The notes: generated by a model from the letters alone, not told the origin. Positions 49,004 through 58,818 are shown, counted from the first letter of the stretch. The stretch is DNA of 64,000 bases from Candidatus Lloydbacteria bacterium (GCA_043719805.1 JAYSTI010000055.1:2760-66759), one strand, 5' to 3'. Program-made: numbers and translations.

Positions 49004-50014
49004 ATGAGCAGGATGCCCTCTCTCAATTCAAAACGGATTGCCGCACTTGCCGCATATGCACAAACGGCAATCATTCCGCCGCCACTCAATTTCTACAGTG
49101 TGACCGTTCGCGAGGGAATGGAATATATTTTCGAAGACATGTACCCTCCGCTTCATGCGCCGGGGACGCTCGATTTCTTTTTCTTCGCAATGATCCACAA
49201 TTACGGCTTCTGGACTGACGACGGAAAAAAGTATGTTTCACCGCTCTTTGGAAAGTTGAACGGGAGGGGCGGAGTCAAAGGTTCTGACCTTCTTTGGGGG
49301 GTCCTTCATTCTGCGTGGAAGAAGGACCCGAAATGTTTTTCCTCGCAGCGTCTTGCGACGATTTCCGATGCGGAATTCGCGACGATGTTTTCCGACGATG
49401 ACGGGCCGATTCCCCTCTTCAATACCCCGCGACGCATTGCACTCACGCGAGACTATGCAAGATGGTTTCGCACTCCGCGTTGGGCAGGACGATCACCCTC
49501 GGACCTCGTTGAATTTTCCAATGAAAGTTGTGACCCAGTAGGAACTTTGCGTGATATTCTCACACATCCGGAGAATGGAGTGCCGGGCTATCGTGAAGAC
49601 CCGCTCGGAAAGAAGGCAGAGCTTTTGCTCATGGCACTTGCGAATCGCCCGGAGAAACTGCTCGGTACATCGGAGAAGACCGTCTGGCATCCGATAATTG
49701 ATTACCACGTCATGCGTCTCGCACTACGCATGGGACTTACCTCAATGTCCCCAGCGTGGCGGGATGAAAATATCGCACGCCAACTGACTTCGCCTACGCG
49801 TGAAGAAGCAATCCGAGGGGCTGTGAAAAAGGGAGTCGAGAGCGTAATAAGGCTGTCGGGAAGAACGATGGCCGAAGTCGACAACCTCATGTGGTCGGCG
49901 CGCGCGTTCTGCCCCGAGGTCGCGGAACCGAATTGCGGCGCATGCTTATTGCAAAGTGTTTGCGAGAGAAAGACGGCCCTCTTCCAGCCCATCAGGCGTA
50001 CAACGTTCTACTAG
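49004..50014 (+). CDS. Queuosine-salvage (DUF2419/QNG1-like) N-glycosylase with C-terminal EndoIII-type Fe-S motif (SD-led)
   Basis: HNYGFW, KKAELLL, IDYHVMRLALRMG, C-x7-C-x2-C-x5-C (CPEVAEPNCGACLLQSVC); AAAGGAG before ATG. Confidence 0.7.
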   Translation: MSRMPSLNSKRIAALAAYAQTAIIPPPLNFYSVTVREGMEYIFEDMYPPLHAPGTLDFFFFAMIHNYGFWTDDGKKYVSPLFGKLNGRGGVKGSDLLWGVLHSAWKKDPKCFSSQRLATISDAEFATMFSDDDGPIPLFNTPRRIALTRDYARWFRTPRWAGRSPSDLVEFSNESCDPVGTLRDILTHPENGVPGYREDPLGKKAELLLMALANRPEKLLGTSEKTVWHPIIDYHVMRLALRMGLTSMSPAWRDENIARQLTSPTREEAIRGAVKKGVESVIRLSGRTMAEVDNLMWSARAFCPEVAEPNCGACLLQSVCERKTALFQPIRRTTFY

Positions 50015-50059
50015 ACCAATCGAAAAACAAAAAACCGCGAGCAGTGCTCGCGGTTATTT

Positions 50060-50470
50060 TCATGACTTTCTATTCAGGTCCAGTGCCGGAAACAACTCAT
50101 CGACCACGGCATGATTTGAAATGTCAGCACCTTCGGTCTTTAGGTACGGATTCAATATGCACATGAGTAGCGTGTCGGCTGAATCTCTCTCTTCGCATCC
50201 AAACAGCGTTAGGAGCCTCTCGGGTGTGAGCTTGTACACCGACATAAGCCCGGCGAGTGTGGCCGAGATTACGTACTTTGTCGCCAAAACATTGGTGCCG
50301 GCCTGAAATACGCTATTGCGCGTTTCGGGCGGAAGCAAGCAGTCCCCCTTCTTCCTGCGCTCCATCTCGCGAAGCACCTCAAGATACGAATACCCATTCT
50401 GGGGTCGACGCTTCTGCCATTCCACATCACCTGGGACTGTCAGTGAGGAGCCATTTATTGTCTTGGTCAT
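50060..50470 (-). CDS. Hypothetical protein (SD-led)
   Basis: TAGGAG before ATG; TTGACG promoter at ~50526-50531; shared terminator ~50030-50060. Confidence 0.6.
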   Translation of the reverse strand: MTKTINGSSLTVPGDVEWQKRRPQNGYSYLEVLREMERRKKGDCLLPPETRNSVFQAGTNVLATKYVISATLAGLMSVYKLTPERLLTLFGCEERDSADTLLMCILNPYLKTEGADISNHAVVDELFPALDLNRKS

Positions 50471-50549
50471 GCTCTACTCCTATTTCAATTGCATCCTTAC
50501 CAAGACTAACGCTTGCACCTCCCCCCGTCAAACATGTTACGATAGTGAG

Positions 50550-51209
50550 GTGAAAAATGTGCACCCCATCATCTGGATATTGGGAGCAACCCTCCTTTGG
50601 GGTATTTGGCAAATAACTTCTGCGATACTGAATTACCATCCGATTAAAAACTATCCGCCAAAAGGTACTCATATTGTTGCGCTTGGTGACAGCCTCACGG
50701 TAGGAGTTGGAGCATCAAGTCCTGAAAAGGGATTTATTCCGGTGCTCGCAAAACGCCTCGACGCGACCATCGTGAACAAGGGTGTCAGTGGCGACACGAC
50801 GCACGACGCACTGCTGCGACTTTCGAGTGACGTATTGAGTGAACGCCCAAACATCGTCATCGTGCTCCTTGGCGGAAACGATTATCTCAAGCAAGTCGAA
50901 AGAGAAAAAACATTCTCGAATCTCCGCCTAATTATTAACAACATACAGTCGAATGGTGCGGTCGTCTTCTTACTCGGCATACGAGGGGGCCTCCTCGCGG
51001 ACCACTACGACAGCGACTTAGCTGCGCTGGCAAATGAAACGGGCTCTTTTTATGTCTCAAACGTACTCGAGGGACTCATCGGGAATAATTTGTTTATGTC
51101 CGACGAGATACATCCGAACGACAGAGGATATGAGAAAATTGTCGACCGCATCGCGCCAACTCTCGAAGGTATCATTGCGGCAGCGCCGCCGAAACCCGCT
51201 ACTCTGTAA
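50550..51209 (+). CDS. SGNH/GDSL arylesterase, membrane-anchored
   Basis: GDSLT, NKGVSGDTT, LGGND, DEIHPN; GTG start. Confidence 0.92.
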   Translation: MKNVHPIIWILGATLLWGIWQITSAILNYHPIKNYPPKGTHIVALGDSLTVGVGASSPEKGFIPVLAKRLDATIVNKGVSGDTTHDALLRLSSDVLSERPNIVIVLLGGNDYLKQVEREKTFSNLRLIINNIQSNGAVVFLLGIRGGLLADHYDSDLAALANETGSFYVSNVLEGLIGNNLFMSDEIHPNDRGYEKIVDRIAPTLEGIIAAAPPKPATL

Positions 51210-51699
51210 CAGTGCGTACTTCCCCCAATCGTGAGAAATACAATACCGTCTCTTCCCCCTCGTTGCGGAACGTCAAAAAAAGATTTCCGGATGGGAGGGC
51301 AAATGACATGCGCACCACATCGCGATCATCCTCGATCAGCACAATCTGATTTGCCTTCGCATAATTGCGATAAAATGTGCGAACGTCATTTTCACTTTGG
51401 CTGGTGACGTAGATCCATGTCGTATCATGAATAATCGGATTTCGTTCAATTGCATATCGTGCCGACGGCGGTGTCGCAAGTAACGCCTCAAACGTCTGCC
51501 TGCCTCCGTCCACATAGAAACCCCCCCATACCACGGCCCCTCCTGCAGCGACGAGGAACAGCGTATTAAACCAATACAAGCCGTGGTCAGGATGCCCCGG
51601 GGCCATTCGCCAAAGGATGGCCACCTCACGAAGTGAGAGCAGAACGAGAACGAATGCAATCAACCCAATGACGACCCAATATATTTCCACGGAGTTCAT
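51199..51699 (-). CDS. Hypothetical two-TM protein
   Basis: ATGA overlap with upstream gene; two hydrophobic helices. Confidence 0.7.
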   Translation of the reverse strand: MNSVEIYWVVIGLIAFVLVLLSLREVAILWRMAPGHPDHGLYWFNTLFLVAAGGAVVWGGFYVDGGRQTFEALLATPPSARYAIERNPIIHDTTWIYVTSQSENDVRTFYRNYAKANQIVLIEDDRDVVRMSFALPSGNLFLTFRNEGEETVLYFSRLGEVRTVTE

Positions 51700-53174
51700 A
51701 CTTCGCGTTTATAGACAACTTCATCCTGAAGCAACATTTCAAGATTCATTAACTCTTTTACCCGTTGAAGTAGATTTGGTGTCGGATCTTCTGTCTCTCT
51801 TATAAATGCGCCCCCTTCTCGTTCAACGCCGTAAACGAAATGCTCACCAATGAACCGACGAAGTGCGCTGATGTCACCCGCCACGTCATCCGAATCCATT
51901 ATCACGAATGCTATAGTGCGCGGACCAAACTCTGCGAGTGGCAGGTCAAAAAGAAGCATCGCTCCGCTATGTCCCGAAGGATCATTCGCCACAAGTCCTC
52001 CACGGAACGCACCATCACCCGAGAGCACCCATGGATTCTTATTCGTCCAATTATATCGCTCATCTCCGTCGACATCAGTGAGCGTCTGCTCTCTAGCAAG
52101 TGTAACGTCTAGGAGGAAGTGTTTGCGTTCGTTCACATAGCGCAACAGCGTCATGAGGTCACGAGCGGTCGTTGTTGACTCATCGCTTGATAACGCGCCA
52201 CCAAATATTGTGTCGTTCATTCCGATGGCTCTACTTTTTTCATTCATGTACGTAACAAATTGCTTTGTCCCGTGCTCTTTCGCAAACACCCTCGCGGCAG
52301 TATCACTTCCGTCGAATAGGAGTGGGTACATCAGCGTTCCTGCGGGCATTTCATCAATGGCACCAATGGAATACTTTCGGAGTATCGCACTGCCCATGAG
52401 TAATTCGCTCATGCGCACAAGCTTGTATTGATTGACGGTCTCGACTGCGGTAAGCCCCGATGCAAGCAACGCCAACCCCTTAGGCCCCTTGAGGTCTCGC
52501 GCTCGTCTCTCCCACAATGTCGCACCCGTATTGGCGTCCGCAACGACGAATGATGACGCAGAAATTTTCGGCAGATGGCCTTCCCCGTGGAGATAGTAGC
52601 GCGAGGAGGTCGCAAATTCGTCGTCTTTTACGCCGGAGAGCACCATTATCTTTGCACCGCGCGGAATGAACTCGTAGACCATGCGGGCGTCCTCCGTTGC
52701 GAGGCGGATACAACCACCGGAGTACCCGACAGGAACATCCTTTCCATTCACATAAGTCGGCCAACCGTGAATGAAAAAGTTGCCGTAAAACTGCATACTG
52801 TACGGCATCCACGTTCCGCCAATTGACGAATAATGCTTCACTTCTTTTGCCTGGATTGTATATGCGCCGGTCGGCGTCTCCCACGGTGTTCCGGGACGCC
52901 CCTTCGAAAGAATGGGAAATATATTCTTTACCACACCACCGTCATACAGCGAAACTTGCATCGACTCGAGGTCGGCAATGAGCACCCTCCCAATCGGTGA
53001 TATCCCGGACTGAGTCGAGGCGGGCACATTCGCAGCAAATTTGTACAGGAGTGCGGTCGAGCGCTCGCTGACGGTTTTTTGTACAGGCTGGAGCAGGCTT
53101 CCCCCGATGATAAGCGCAACGAGAGAGAGGCACGCACCAGCAAACAAGAGCAAGCGGGCGTACGTCTTGTTCAT
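51696..53174 (-). CDS. L,D-transpeptidase (YkuD) fused to degenerate S11 D,D-carboxypeptidase-like domain
   Basis: ETPTG, FFIHGWP..SGGCIRL; then ISASSFVVAD..MNEKSRAIGMNDT..TTARDL; start re-called 53174. Confidence 0.85.
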   Translation of the reverse strand: MNKTYARLLLFAGACLSLVALIIGGSLLQPVQKTVSERSTALLYKFAANVPASTQSGISPIGRVLIADLESMQVSLYDGGVVKNIFPILSKGRPGTPWETPTGAYTIQAKEVKHYSSIGGTWMPYSMQFYGNFFIHGWPTYVNGKDVPVGYSGGCIRLATEDARMVYEFIPRGAKIMVLSGVKDDEFATSSRYYLHGEGHLPKISASSFVVADANTGATLWERRARDLKGPKGLALLASGLTAVETVNQYKLVRMSELLMGSAILRKYSIGAIDEMPAGTLMYPLLFDGSDTAARVFAKEHGTKQFVTYMNEKSRAIGMNDTIFGGALSSDESTTTARDLMTLLRYVNERKHFLLDVTLAREQTLTDVDGDERYNWTNKNPWVLSGDGAFRGGLVANDPSGHSGAMLLFDLPLAEFGPRTIAFVIMDSDDVAGDISALRRFIGEHFVYGVEREGGAFIRETEDPTPNLLQRVKELMNLEMLLQDEVVYKREV

Positions 53175-53815
53175 GACTTGTGCGAAAGGAGTGTGCGTAG
53201 TCGACGGAACCCGTTCATCCAGAAAAAGAATATCATCGCAACAACGGCGCCGAGCGTGTCCGCCAGCATGTCCTTCTGTGCATCCCAGATGTCTCCCTGA
53301 CTTCCAAGATAGTCGTCTGCGGCAGCTCCACCGTACCCCGACGCATATAGCCACTCAATCAGTTCATAGCTCATTGCGGCGGTTGCGATAACAAATATCG
53401 GATACGTAAATAACAAAAAACGATTTACCACGAGGCGTTTTACGAGCAGCCATTCAGCTATTGCAAAGGCGTAGAAACCAACGGAGAAATGAGCAATGCG
53501 ATCGTAATGGTTTCGCTCGAAGCCGAAAAAATCTGTAAACCAGTCAAAAGGGACTTTTGCAAACGTATAATGTCCACCCACGGTATGCAAAAAAATGAGT
53601 ACTGCCATTAAGGCGTACGCGGTATTGGAAAAACGCACCTTCAGCACATACAAAAGGGCGAGTACTCCCACAATGATGAGTACGGTGAGATTCTCGGCGA
53701 ACCACGTCTGCCGGTCAACCGGGTTGATAGCGAGCAAAGCAAAAAGACACGCATAAAGAACGAGGAGCGCGAGAGGAAATTGCGAAGGGCGCTGAACTGA
53801 GTTGTGTTGTTGCAT
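53171..53815 (-). CDS. DUF2238 (YjdF-like) membrane protein
   Basis: GGHYTFAKVP, RNHYDRIAHF, GSQGDIWDAQKDM. Confidence 0.9.
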   Translation of the reverse strand: MQQHNSVQRPSQFPLALLVLYACLFALLAINPVDRQTWFAENLTVLIIVGVLALLYVLKVRFSNTAYALMAVLIFLHTVGGHYTFAKVPFDWFTDFFGFERNHYDRIAHFSVGFYAFAIAEWLLVKRLVVNRFLLFTYPIFVIATAAMSYELIEWLYASGYGGAAADDYLGSQGDIWDAQKDMLADTLGAVVAMIFFFWMNGFRRLRTLLSHKS

Positions 53816-53838
53816 ATACTATAGAGTATAGCAAAATT

Positions 53839-54447
53839 TCACTTACTATGAGTACGTTTGTGTTTCTCCGATTTCTCGAGAAGAAGACGCTCGCGCCGTC
53901 TACGGAACCATGCGATTGTCTGGATAACCACAGTAACCAAGATAATTGCCGCAACGATGCCCCCCTCAAACTTCTTCATATTTCCCAAAAATCGTTCTAT
54001 CGCACCACCAAACGCATACCCACCAAAAACGAACAAATGCGCCCACACAATGGCGCCCATCAGATTGAGTATGAAATAGCGGATTCCGGAGACCTTGCTT
54101 GTGCCAATCACTACCGGAATAATCGCCCGAAAGCCATAGAGAAAGCGTGAGCCAAAGATTAGCCAATCCTGATAGCGCACCATCCATACGTGAATCTTTT
54201 CCACGCGGTCGTGCCACTCGGGATGGCGTCGGAGTATGGTTCGCCCCTTGAGGCGTCCAAAATAAAAAAACGACTGGTCACCGATGACCGCTCCGGCTAT
54301 CGCAATCGGAATCAACAGTCCCAATTCAAGCCCCCCCTGATATGCGACAAATCCCGCAAGTGCAACAACTATCTCGCCCTCAAGCAATGTGCCGATGAAC
54401 ACGATGTAATAACCGTAGTTATGTATTAGTTCCACTAGAAAATCCAT
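53839..54447 (-). CDS. DedA family protein
   Basis: LEGE, GAVIGDQSFFYFGR, SRFLYGFR; start re-called 54447. Confidence 0.92.
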   Translation of the reverse strand: MDFLVELIHNYGYYIVFIGTLLEGEIVVALAGFVAYQGGLELGLLIPIAIAGAVIGDQSFFYFGRLKGRTILRRHPEWHDRVEKIHVWMVRYQDWLIFGSRFLYGFRAIIPVVIGTSKVSGIRYFILNLMGAIVWAHLFVFGGYAFGGAIERFLGNMKKFEGGIVAAIILVTVVIQTIAWFRRRRERLLLEKSEKHKRTHSK

Positions 54448-54497
54448 GCGAAAATTATAGCATAAAACAGGAATTGCCCTGCGCGAAACACTTCCTT

Positions 54498-54872
54498 CTA
54501 TTTCTTGAGCAAGTCGCGAATCTCTATAAGGAGTTTTTCTTCGGGCGACGGCTCTACGGAAATGACCGGTTGTATGACTTCTTCTTTTTTGCGGAGCACG
54601 ATGACAGCCTTTACGACAAAGAAAAGTGCCCACGCAATAATCATGAAGCTAAATATGCTTTGAAGGAATTTTCCGTACAATACGGAGACGTCCCCCATCT
54701 GAATGTGCAATCCGGTAAAGTCGATGTTTCCGGTAAGTGCGCCGACAAGAGGCATGATGACATCCCCCACCAAAGAGTTCACAATGGCGCCAAACGCCGT
54801 ACCAATGACAACTCCAACGGCGAGGTCGACGACATTCCCCCTCATGGCAAACATTTTAAATTCGTGGAGCAT
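54498..54872 (-). CDS. mscL: Large-conductance mechanosensitive channel
   Basis: [30 protein letters not shown]. Confidence 0.97.
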   Translation of the reverse strand: MLHEFKMFAMRGNVVDLAVGVVIGTAFGAIVNSLVGDVIMPLVGALTGNIDFTGLHIQMGDVSVLYGKFLQSIFSFMIIAWALFFVVKAVIVLRKKEEVIQPVISVEPSPEEKLLIEIRDLLKK

Positions 54873-54957
54873 AAAATAGTATTTTATTAGTGATGAAAGT
54901 ATTTTAACATACGAAAATAAAAAACCCCTCCTGCCTGCATAGGCAGGAAAGGTGGGG

Positions 54958-56013
54958 CTAGCGCTTCTTCCAGTGAAACAATGTGTGAAACAAGTCGCCA
55001 CGCACATTCCAGAGCAAGGTGATGATGCGACGTCCAAGATCGAGAAAAATGTGCACGAGTTCTTCGAATCGCTCCTCAAGCTTCCCCTGCTCGCTATGAA
55101 TGCGGACGACGGTATCCTTGGCGAGTTTGACGCGAATCTTTCCCCACTTCACGATGTCCTGTATCGCATGACGATGCTTCTGGAGTACCAGGTGGTCGAT
55201 GTGCGGATACACAATCTTGTCCGCATCGTCACGTGGTGTCGAAACATTGCCGAATGCATGCTCCATGTCTTCAAGTGGCGCAGTGGCATCGTCCGCCCCG
55301 TGAATGAAAAGCACGGGAACGAATATCTTGTACATATTGTCACGTGCCTTTTCTGAGGCGATGAGGATCTGATTTGCCGTCCACGCGCTCATCGCCCCCT
55401 TAAAGTGTCGGGGGTCATCGCGGGAAAATTCATCTTCCTCATATGTTGCCACAGACATTCTTGGATGCACGCGGACCATAAGCTTAAAGAACGGCTTCAC
55501 CACTTTTTTCCATCGAAGAATTTCCTTCCTTGCGTTGTGGTCCACGCGTAGCGGCACAGCGATAAGCACGATGCCTGCAATGTACTTCTGCAGGTACGGA
55601 TAGATCTGCAACAGGCGCAGTATCACGAGTGCGCCGATGCTGTATCCGACCAATATCGTCGGCACCTTGCTCTTGGATTTCGACTCGAGCATCGCAAACA
55701 ACATCGACTTCAACGTGCGAATAAGTACCGCAAACGAGGCAATCTGCCCCTCAAGTTCAGGGCGCTCATTCCGACTCTTGCCGAAATTCGGAAGGTCGAA
55801 TGATGCGATATTGAACTGCGCATCGTCGAACGCATTCGCAAGGTCCTTGAAGTGCGGGGCGCGCACATTTCCACGGTAGCCGTGGACAATAATGGCATTC
55901 CCTTCCATCAAGGACTCTTTTTGATCGTGCCAAGTGCGATAGACACCGGCGCGAACCTTCTTCTCTACCTGCTTGCGGTAGTCCTCCATAAACTCAGGCG
56001 TGAGCTTTGGCAT
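54958..56013 (-). CDS. Alpha/beta hydrolase, lysophospholipase/monoacylglycerol-lipase-like (SD-led)
   Basis: [20 protein letters not shown] nucleophile elbow, FIHGADD, DH; CAGGAG before ATG 56013. Confidence 0.85.
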   Translation of the reverse strand: MPKLTPEFMEDYRKQVEKKVRAGVYRTWHDQKESLMEGNAIIVHGYRGNVRAPHFKDLANAFDDAQFNIASFDLPNFGKSRNERPELEGQIASFAVLIRTLKSMLFAMLESKSKSKVPTILVGYSIGALVILRLLQIYPYLQKYIAGIVLIAVPLRVDHNARKEILRWKKVVKPFFKLMVRVHPRMSVATYEEDEFSRDDPRHFKGAMSAWTANQILIASEKARDNMYKIFVPVLFIHGADDATAPLEDMEHAFGNVSTPRDDADKIVYPHIDHLVLQKHRHAIQDIVKWGKIRVKLAKDTVVRIHSEQGKLEERFEELVHIFLDLGRRIITLLWNVRGDLFHTLFHWKKR

Positions 56014-56156
56014 GGGGTTCTCCTGTGTCAAGAAACTACTCTACATTTAGACTAGTCCTCTTGACCTATTCGGTCAATCATTTTGTGGTCTTGCAATTGT
56101 TTACCTGGGTGCTAGGGTTGAGGGAGAAAAATTCTTTCAACTTCAAAGGCAAATAA

Positions 56157-56759
56157 ATGACCCCGCTCTTGATGATCTTGCTTGTCGGGCTCCTGGCAGT
56201 GCTCCCGGTTGTTTACGCCGTGACGGTGGTCCTCGCAAATCACCGCAGAGATGCACGCCTGCGGGCACTCTGCGTTCGGGATATTCTTCAGCACATCCAT
56301 GCCGTACTACAGAACCCGAAGGCTCCCGTCGTGCTCGCACACCAAAACAAAACGACTGCCGGTGCAATATTCTCGGGGCGCAACTTCTTTTGTGACTGCA
56401 TGTGGCCGGTTTCCTCGTCCGGTACAGTCAGCAGCGACGATGGCAGTGCAATATTGCGCTCACTCGACGGATATCTGGGATTTGCGGAAAAAGACGCGCT
56501 GAGGGAACGCCTCGAGTATTTCGGGGTTCACGCAGAGCGCGATGCCACGCTCAAATTTCTCATACAGGGAGATGCTGGGAGAAATGCCGCTGTGCGCAAG
56601 CAACACGGTATCTGCTACAAGGTCGACGCGGAGCATGCTTCCGGGGACATCACACCTGTGATATATGGGGTTCTCCCACGGGCAATCCTCGAAGACATCG
56701 ACGATGACGAGCTCCTCGAAGACATATTCGCAGTACTTCAGTCGTACAGTAAAAGCTGA
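56157..56759 (+). CDS. Membrane-anchored hypothetical protein (paralog A)
   Basis: N-terminal TM + NHRR; CDC; LLEDIF; terminator 56770-56793. Confidence 0.7.
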   Translation: MTPLLMILLVGLLAVLPVVYAVTVVLANHRRDARLRALCVRDILQHIHAVLQNPKAPVVLAHQNKTTAGAIFSGRNFFCDCMWPVSSSGTVSSDDGSAILRSLDGYLGFAEKDALRERLEYFGVHAERDATLKFLIQGDAGRNAAVRKQHGICYKVDAEHASGDITPVIYGVLPRAILEDIDDDELLEDIFAVLQSYSKS

Positions 56760-56851
56760 AACACCGTTCAACCCCGCTATGGCGGGGTTTTTTGCTTGCA
56801 GGAATTCTTCATCATGATAACGTAAGAGGAGAAATTTACCGGAGGAATTTC

Positions 56852-57352
56852 ATGGAATCTCTGCTGAAAATACTGCTCATTCTCTCGCTCATATTTGGCT
56901 TCTTTCATTGGTGGCCGAGAAACCGTCGAAGGGCAGACCTCGTAGAGCATCTCACGCTCGTCTTGGGTGAAATTAAATCCGGTAAGTACGCCGTCGTGGT
57001 AAATGATGCTGCCGGGGTTCAAACCATTGAACTCAAAAATTCGATGTCGAGACACCTGTATGAGCTACATGCAGCACACGAATCTCTCTCCTGTAATTGC
57101 TTCTTTGCCGACAAAGAGGACTCAGGGGCGAATGTCACCTTCGTTTCACGACCATCCGGCGGTGGGGGTAACAGAAAAGTAACATTCTTGCGCAACAACA
57201 CGCTCATGGGTCGGACGCTCTATCACCAAACCGGATCGACGCGTAAAAAAGCGGTCCATAAATTGTTCGATGATATTTTCGAGCAAGTGGCCATCCTTTA
57301 CGCAACAAACCCCGTCGACAACCGTAACGTTGGGTTTGCCAAGGATTCATGA
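56852..57352 (+). CDS. Membrane-anchored hypothetical protein (paralog B, SD-led)
   Basis: GGAGGA before ATG 56852; TM + RNRRR; CNC; LFDDIF. Confidence 0.7.
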   Translation: MESLLKILLILSLIFGFFHWWPRNRRRADLVEHLTLVLGEIKSGKYAVVVNDAAGVQTIELKNSMSRHLYELHAAHESLSCNCFFADKEDSGANVTFVSRPSGGGGNRKVTFLRNNTLMGRTLYHQTGSTRKKAVHKLFDDIFEQVAILYATNPVDNRNVGFAKDS

Positions 57353-57460
57353 GGACCGACCACCACAAGGTGGTCTTTTGCATCACGTGACCTACGGCCA
57401 ATTTATAGAAACAAAAACATCCGCCTCAAGCGGATGTTTTCTTTATATCGAGACTAATCG

Positions 57461-58075
57461 TTACCGATATTCAAATAAGTCGCTCTCTGCGAATCGGAAT
57501 TTCGGAAATGCGGGTTCTGCCGCCCTGAATCCGACCGTCATATACGCAACTGAGCGCAGATGTGCAGGAAGTCCGAGCACTTTGTCGACCTCGGCATTTG
57601 TGAATCCCTCCATCGGACATGCATCGACACCGAGTTCCGCGGCCGCGGCGAGTCCGAATCCTAGTGCGATATACGCCTGCTTCGACGCCCACGCAATCGT
57701 GCCTGTTTGTGCATCGAGTGCACCATGCATCATATCTTGGTAACCCTTCATGGCGGCTTTTGCGTCGGCATTTCCCCCGGTCACTTCCTCAAAATACTGA
57801 TCCACGCGAGGTGTCACATCAGTGCGTGCACAGAAAATAAACAGCTGCGACGCATCGGTCACCTGCGACTGATCGTATGATACCGCACGAAGTGCCTTGC
57901 GAAGCGCTGGGTCGGTTACCACCACGACGTGAAGCGGCTGAACACCATACGATGTCGGCGCGAATCGCACCGCGCGAGTGATCTCTGCTAATTGCTCACT
58001 AGTAAGTTTTTTGGCCGCATCAAATTTCTTTGTTGCGAAACGCCAGTCAAGGCGTGATAAAAATGTGTTGGTCAT
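57461..58075 (-). CDS. Nitroreductase family NAD(P)H oxidoreductase
   Basis: WRFATKKFD, APTSYGVQP, DACPMEGF. Confidence 0.93.
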   Translation of the reverse strand: MTNTFLSRLDWRFATKKFDAAKKLTSEQLAEITRAVRFAPTSYGVQPLHVVVVTDPALRKALRAVSYDQSQVTDASQLFIFCARTDVTPRVDQYFEEVTGGNADAKAAMKGYQDMMHGALDAQTGTIAWASKQAYIALGFGLAAAAELGVDACPMEGFTNAEVDKVLGLPAHLRSVAYMTVGFRAAEPAFPKFRFAESDLFEYR

Positions 58076-58236
58076 GCGGGAATCTTAGCATGCGAAGTAT
58101 TGATTGTGAAGATTGTCGACCGGGTCTTCCTGCGCTCCGGTCATGGAGAAAAATACGTTGAAGCAGGGCCGTAAATTAGAGGTGCTACTCGCGGTAGCTT
58201 CTCCTTGTAACCTTTTCACGCTAGCATCACATGATA

Positions 58237-58818
58237 ATGGAGAAGAAAGCAATGGCACAAAAAGACGCGTTACACGAATGCATACGGAGGGCGAGTGCGG
58301 GCGACAAAAACGCATTCCAAGGTATTTTTGACGCAACCAATGACAAAGTCTTTCGTTTTCTTCTTGGCCAGCTTCGTGACCGCGACCAGGCACTCGACAC
58401 CCTCCAGGACGTGTTCATTGATTTCTGGAAGGGTCTTCCGAAGTTCCAATACCACAGCGAAGAAGAGTTTTGGGGATTTATCTTTTTAATTGCGCGGCGA
58501 AAGGTCTATGCGCACAGGAGGGGTGCAGAAAAACTTCCCATAGCACTAGAAAGCGAAACACTTGAGTTCCTTCACGAAGCGACACATCCCGGCGTCTCTC
58601 CTCACGAAGACTACCGAATACTCGAATCTGCGATGTGTAAAATCAGCGCACTCTCGAAGGAGGTCATCACGATGCGACATTGGTCAGAATTGTCTTTCAA
58701 GGAGATTGCCATCGCAACCAACACCACTGAAAATAACGCCAAAGTACGCCACCACCGCGCGTTGAAAGAATTACAAGCCTATCTCCCAAAAGCCTATGTC
58801 GAACAACGATACATATAA
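58237..58818 (+). CDS. ECF-type sigma factor
   Basis: GDKNAF, ALDTLQDVF, LSFKEIA..ENNAKVRHHRALKEL; TGTAAC at 58206 may be an ECF -35. Confidence 0.9.
   Translation: MEKKAMAQKDALHECIRRASAGDKNAFQGIFDATNDKVFRFLLGQLRDRDQALDTLQDVFIDFWKGLPKFQYHSEEEFWGFIFLIARRKVYAHRRGAEKLPIALESETLEFLHEATHPGVSPHEDYRILESAMCKISALSKEVITMRHWSELSFKEIAIATNTTENNAKVRHHRALKELQAYLPKAYVEQRYI

Noticed and set aside
33900-57400. Orphan cassettes as an integron array or prophage
   Set aside because: They are scattered singly among core genes, with no attC-like repeats, integrase or phage structural genes.
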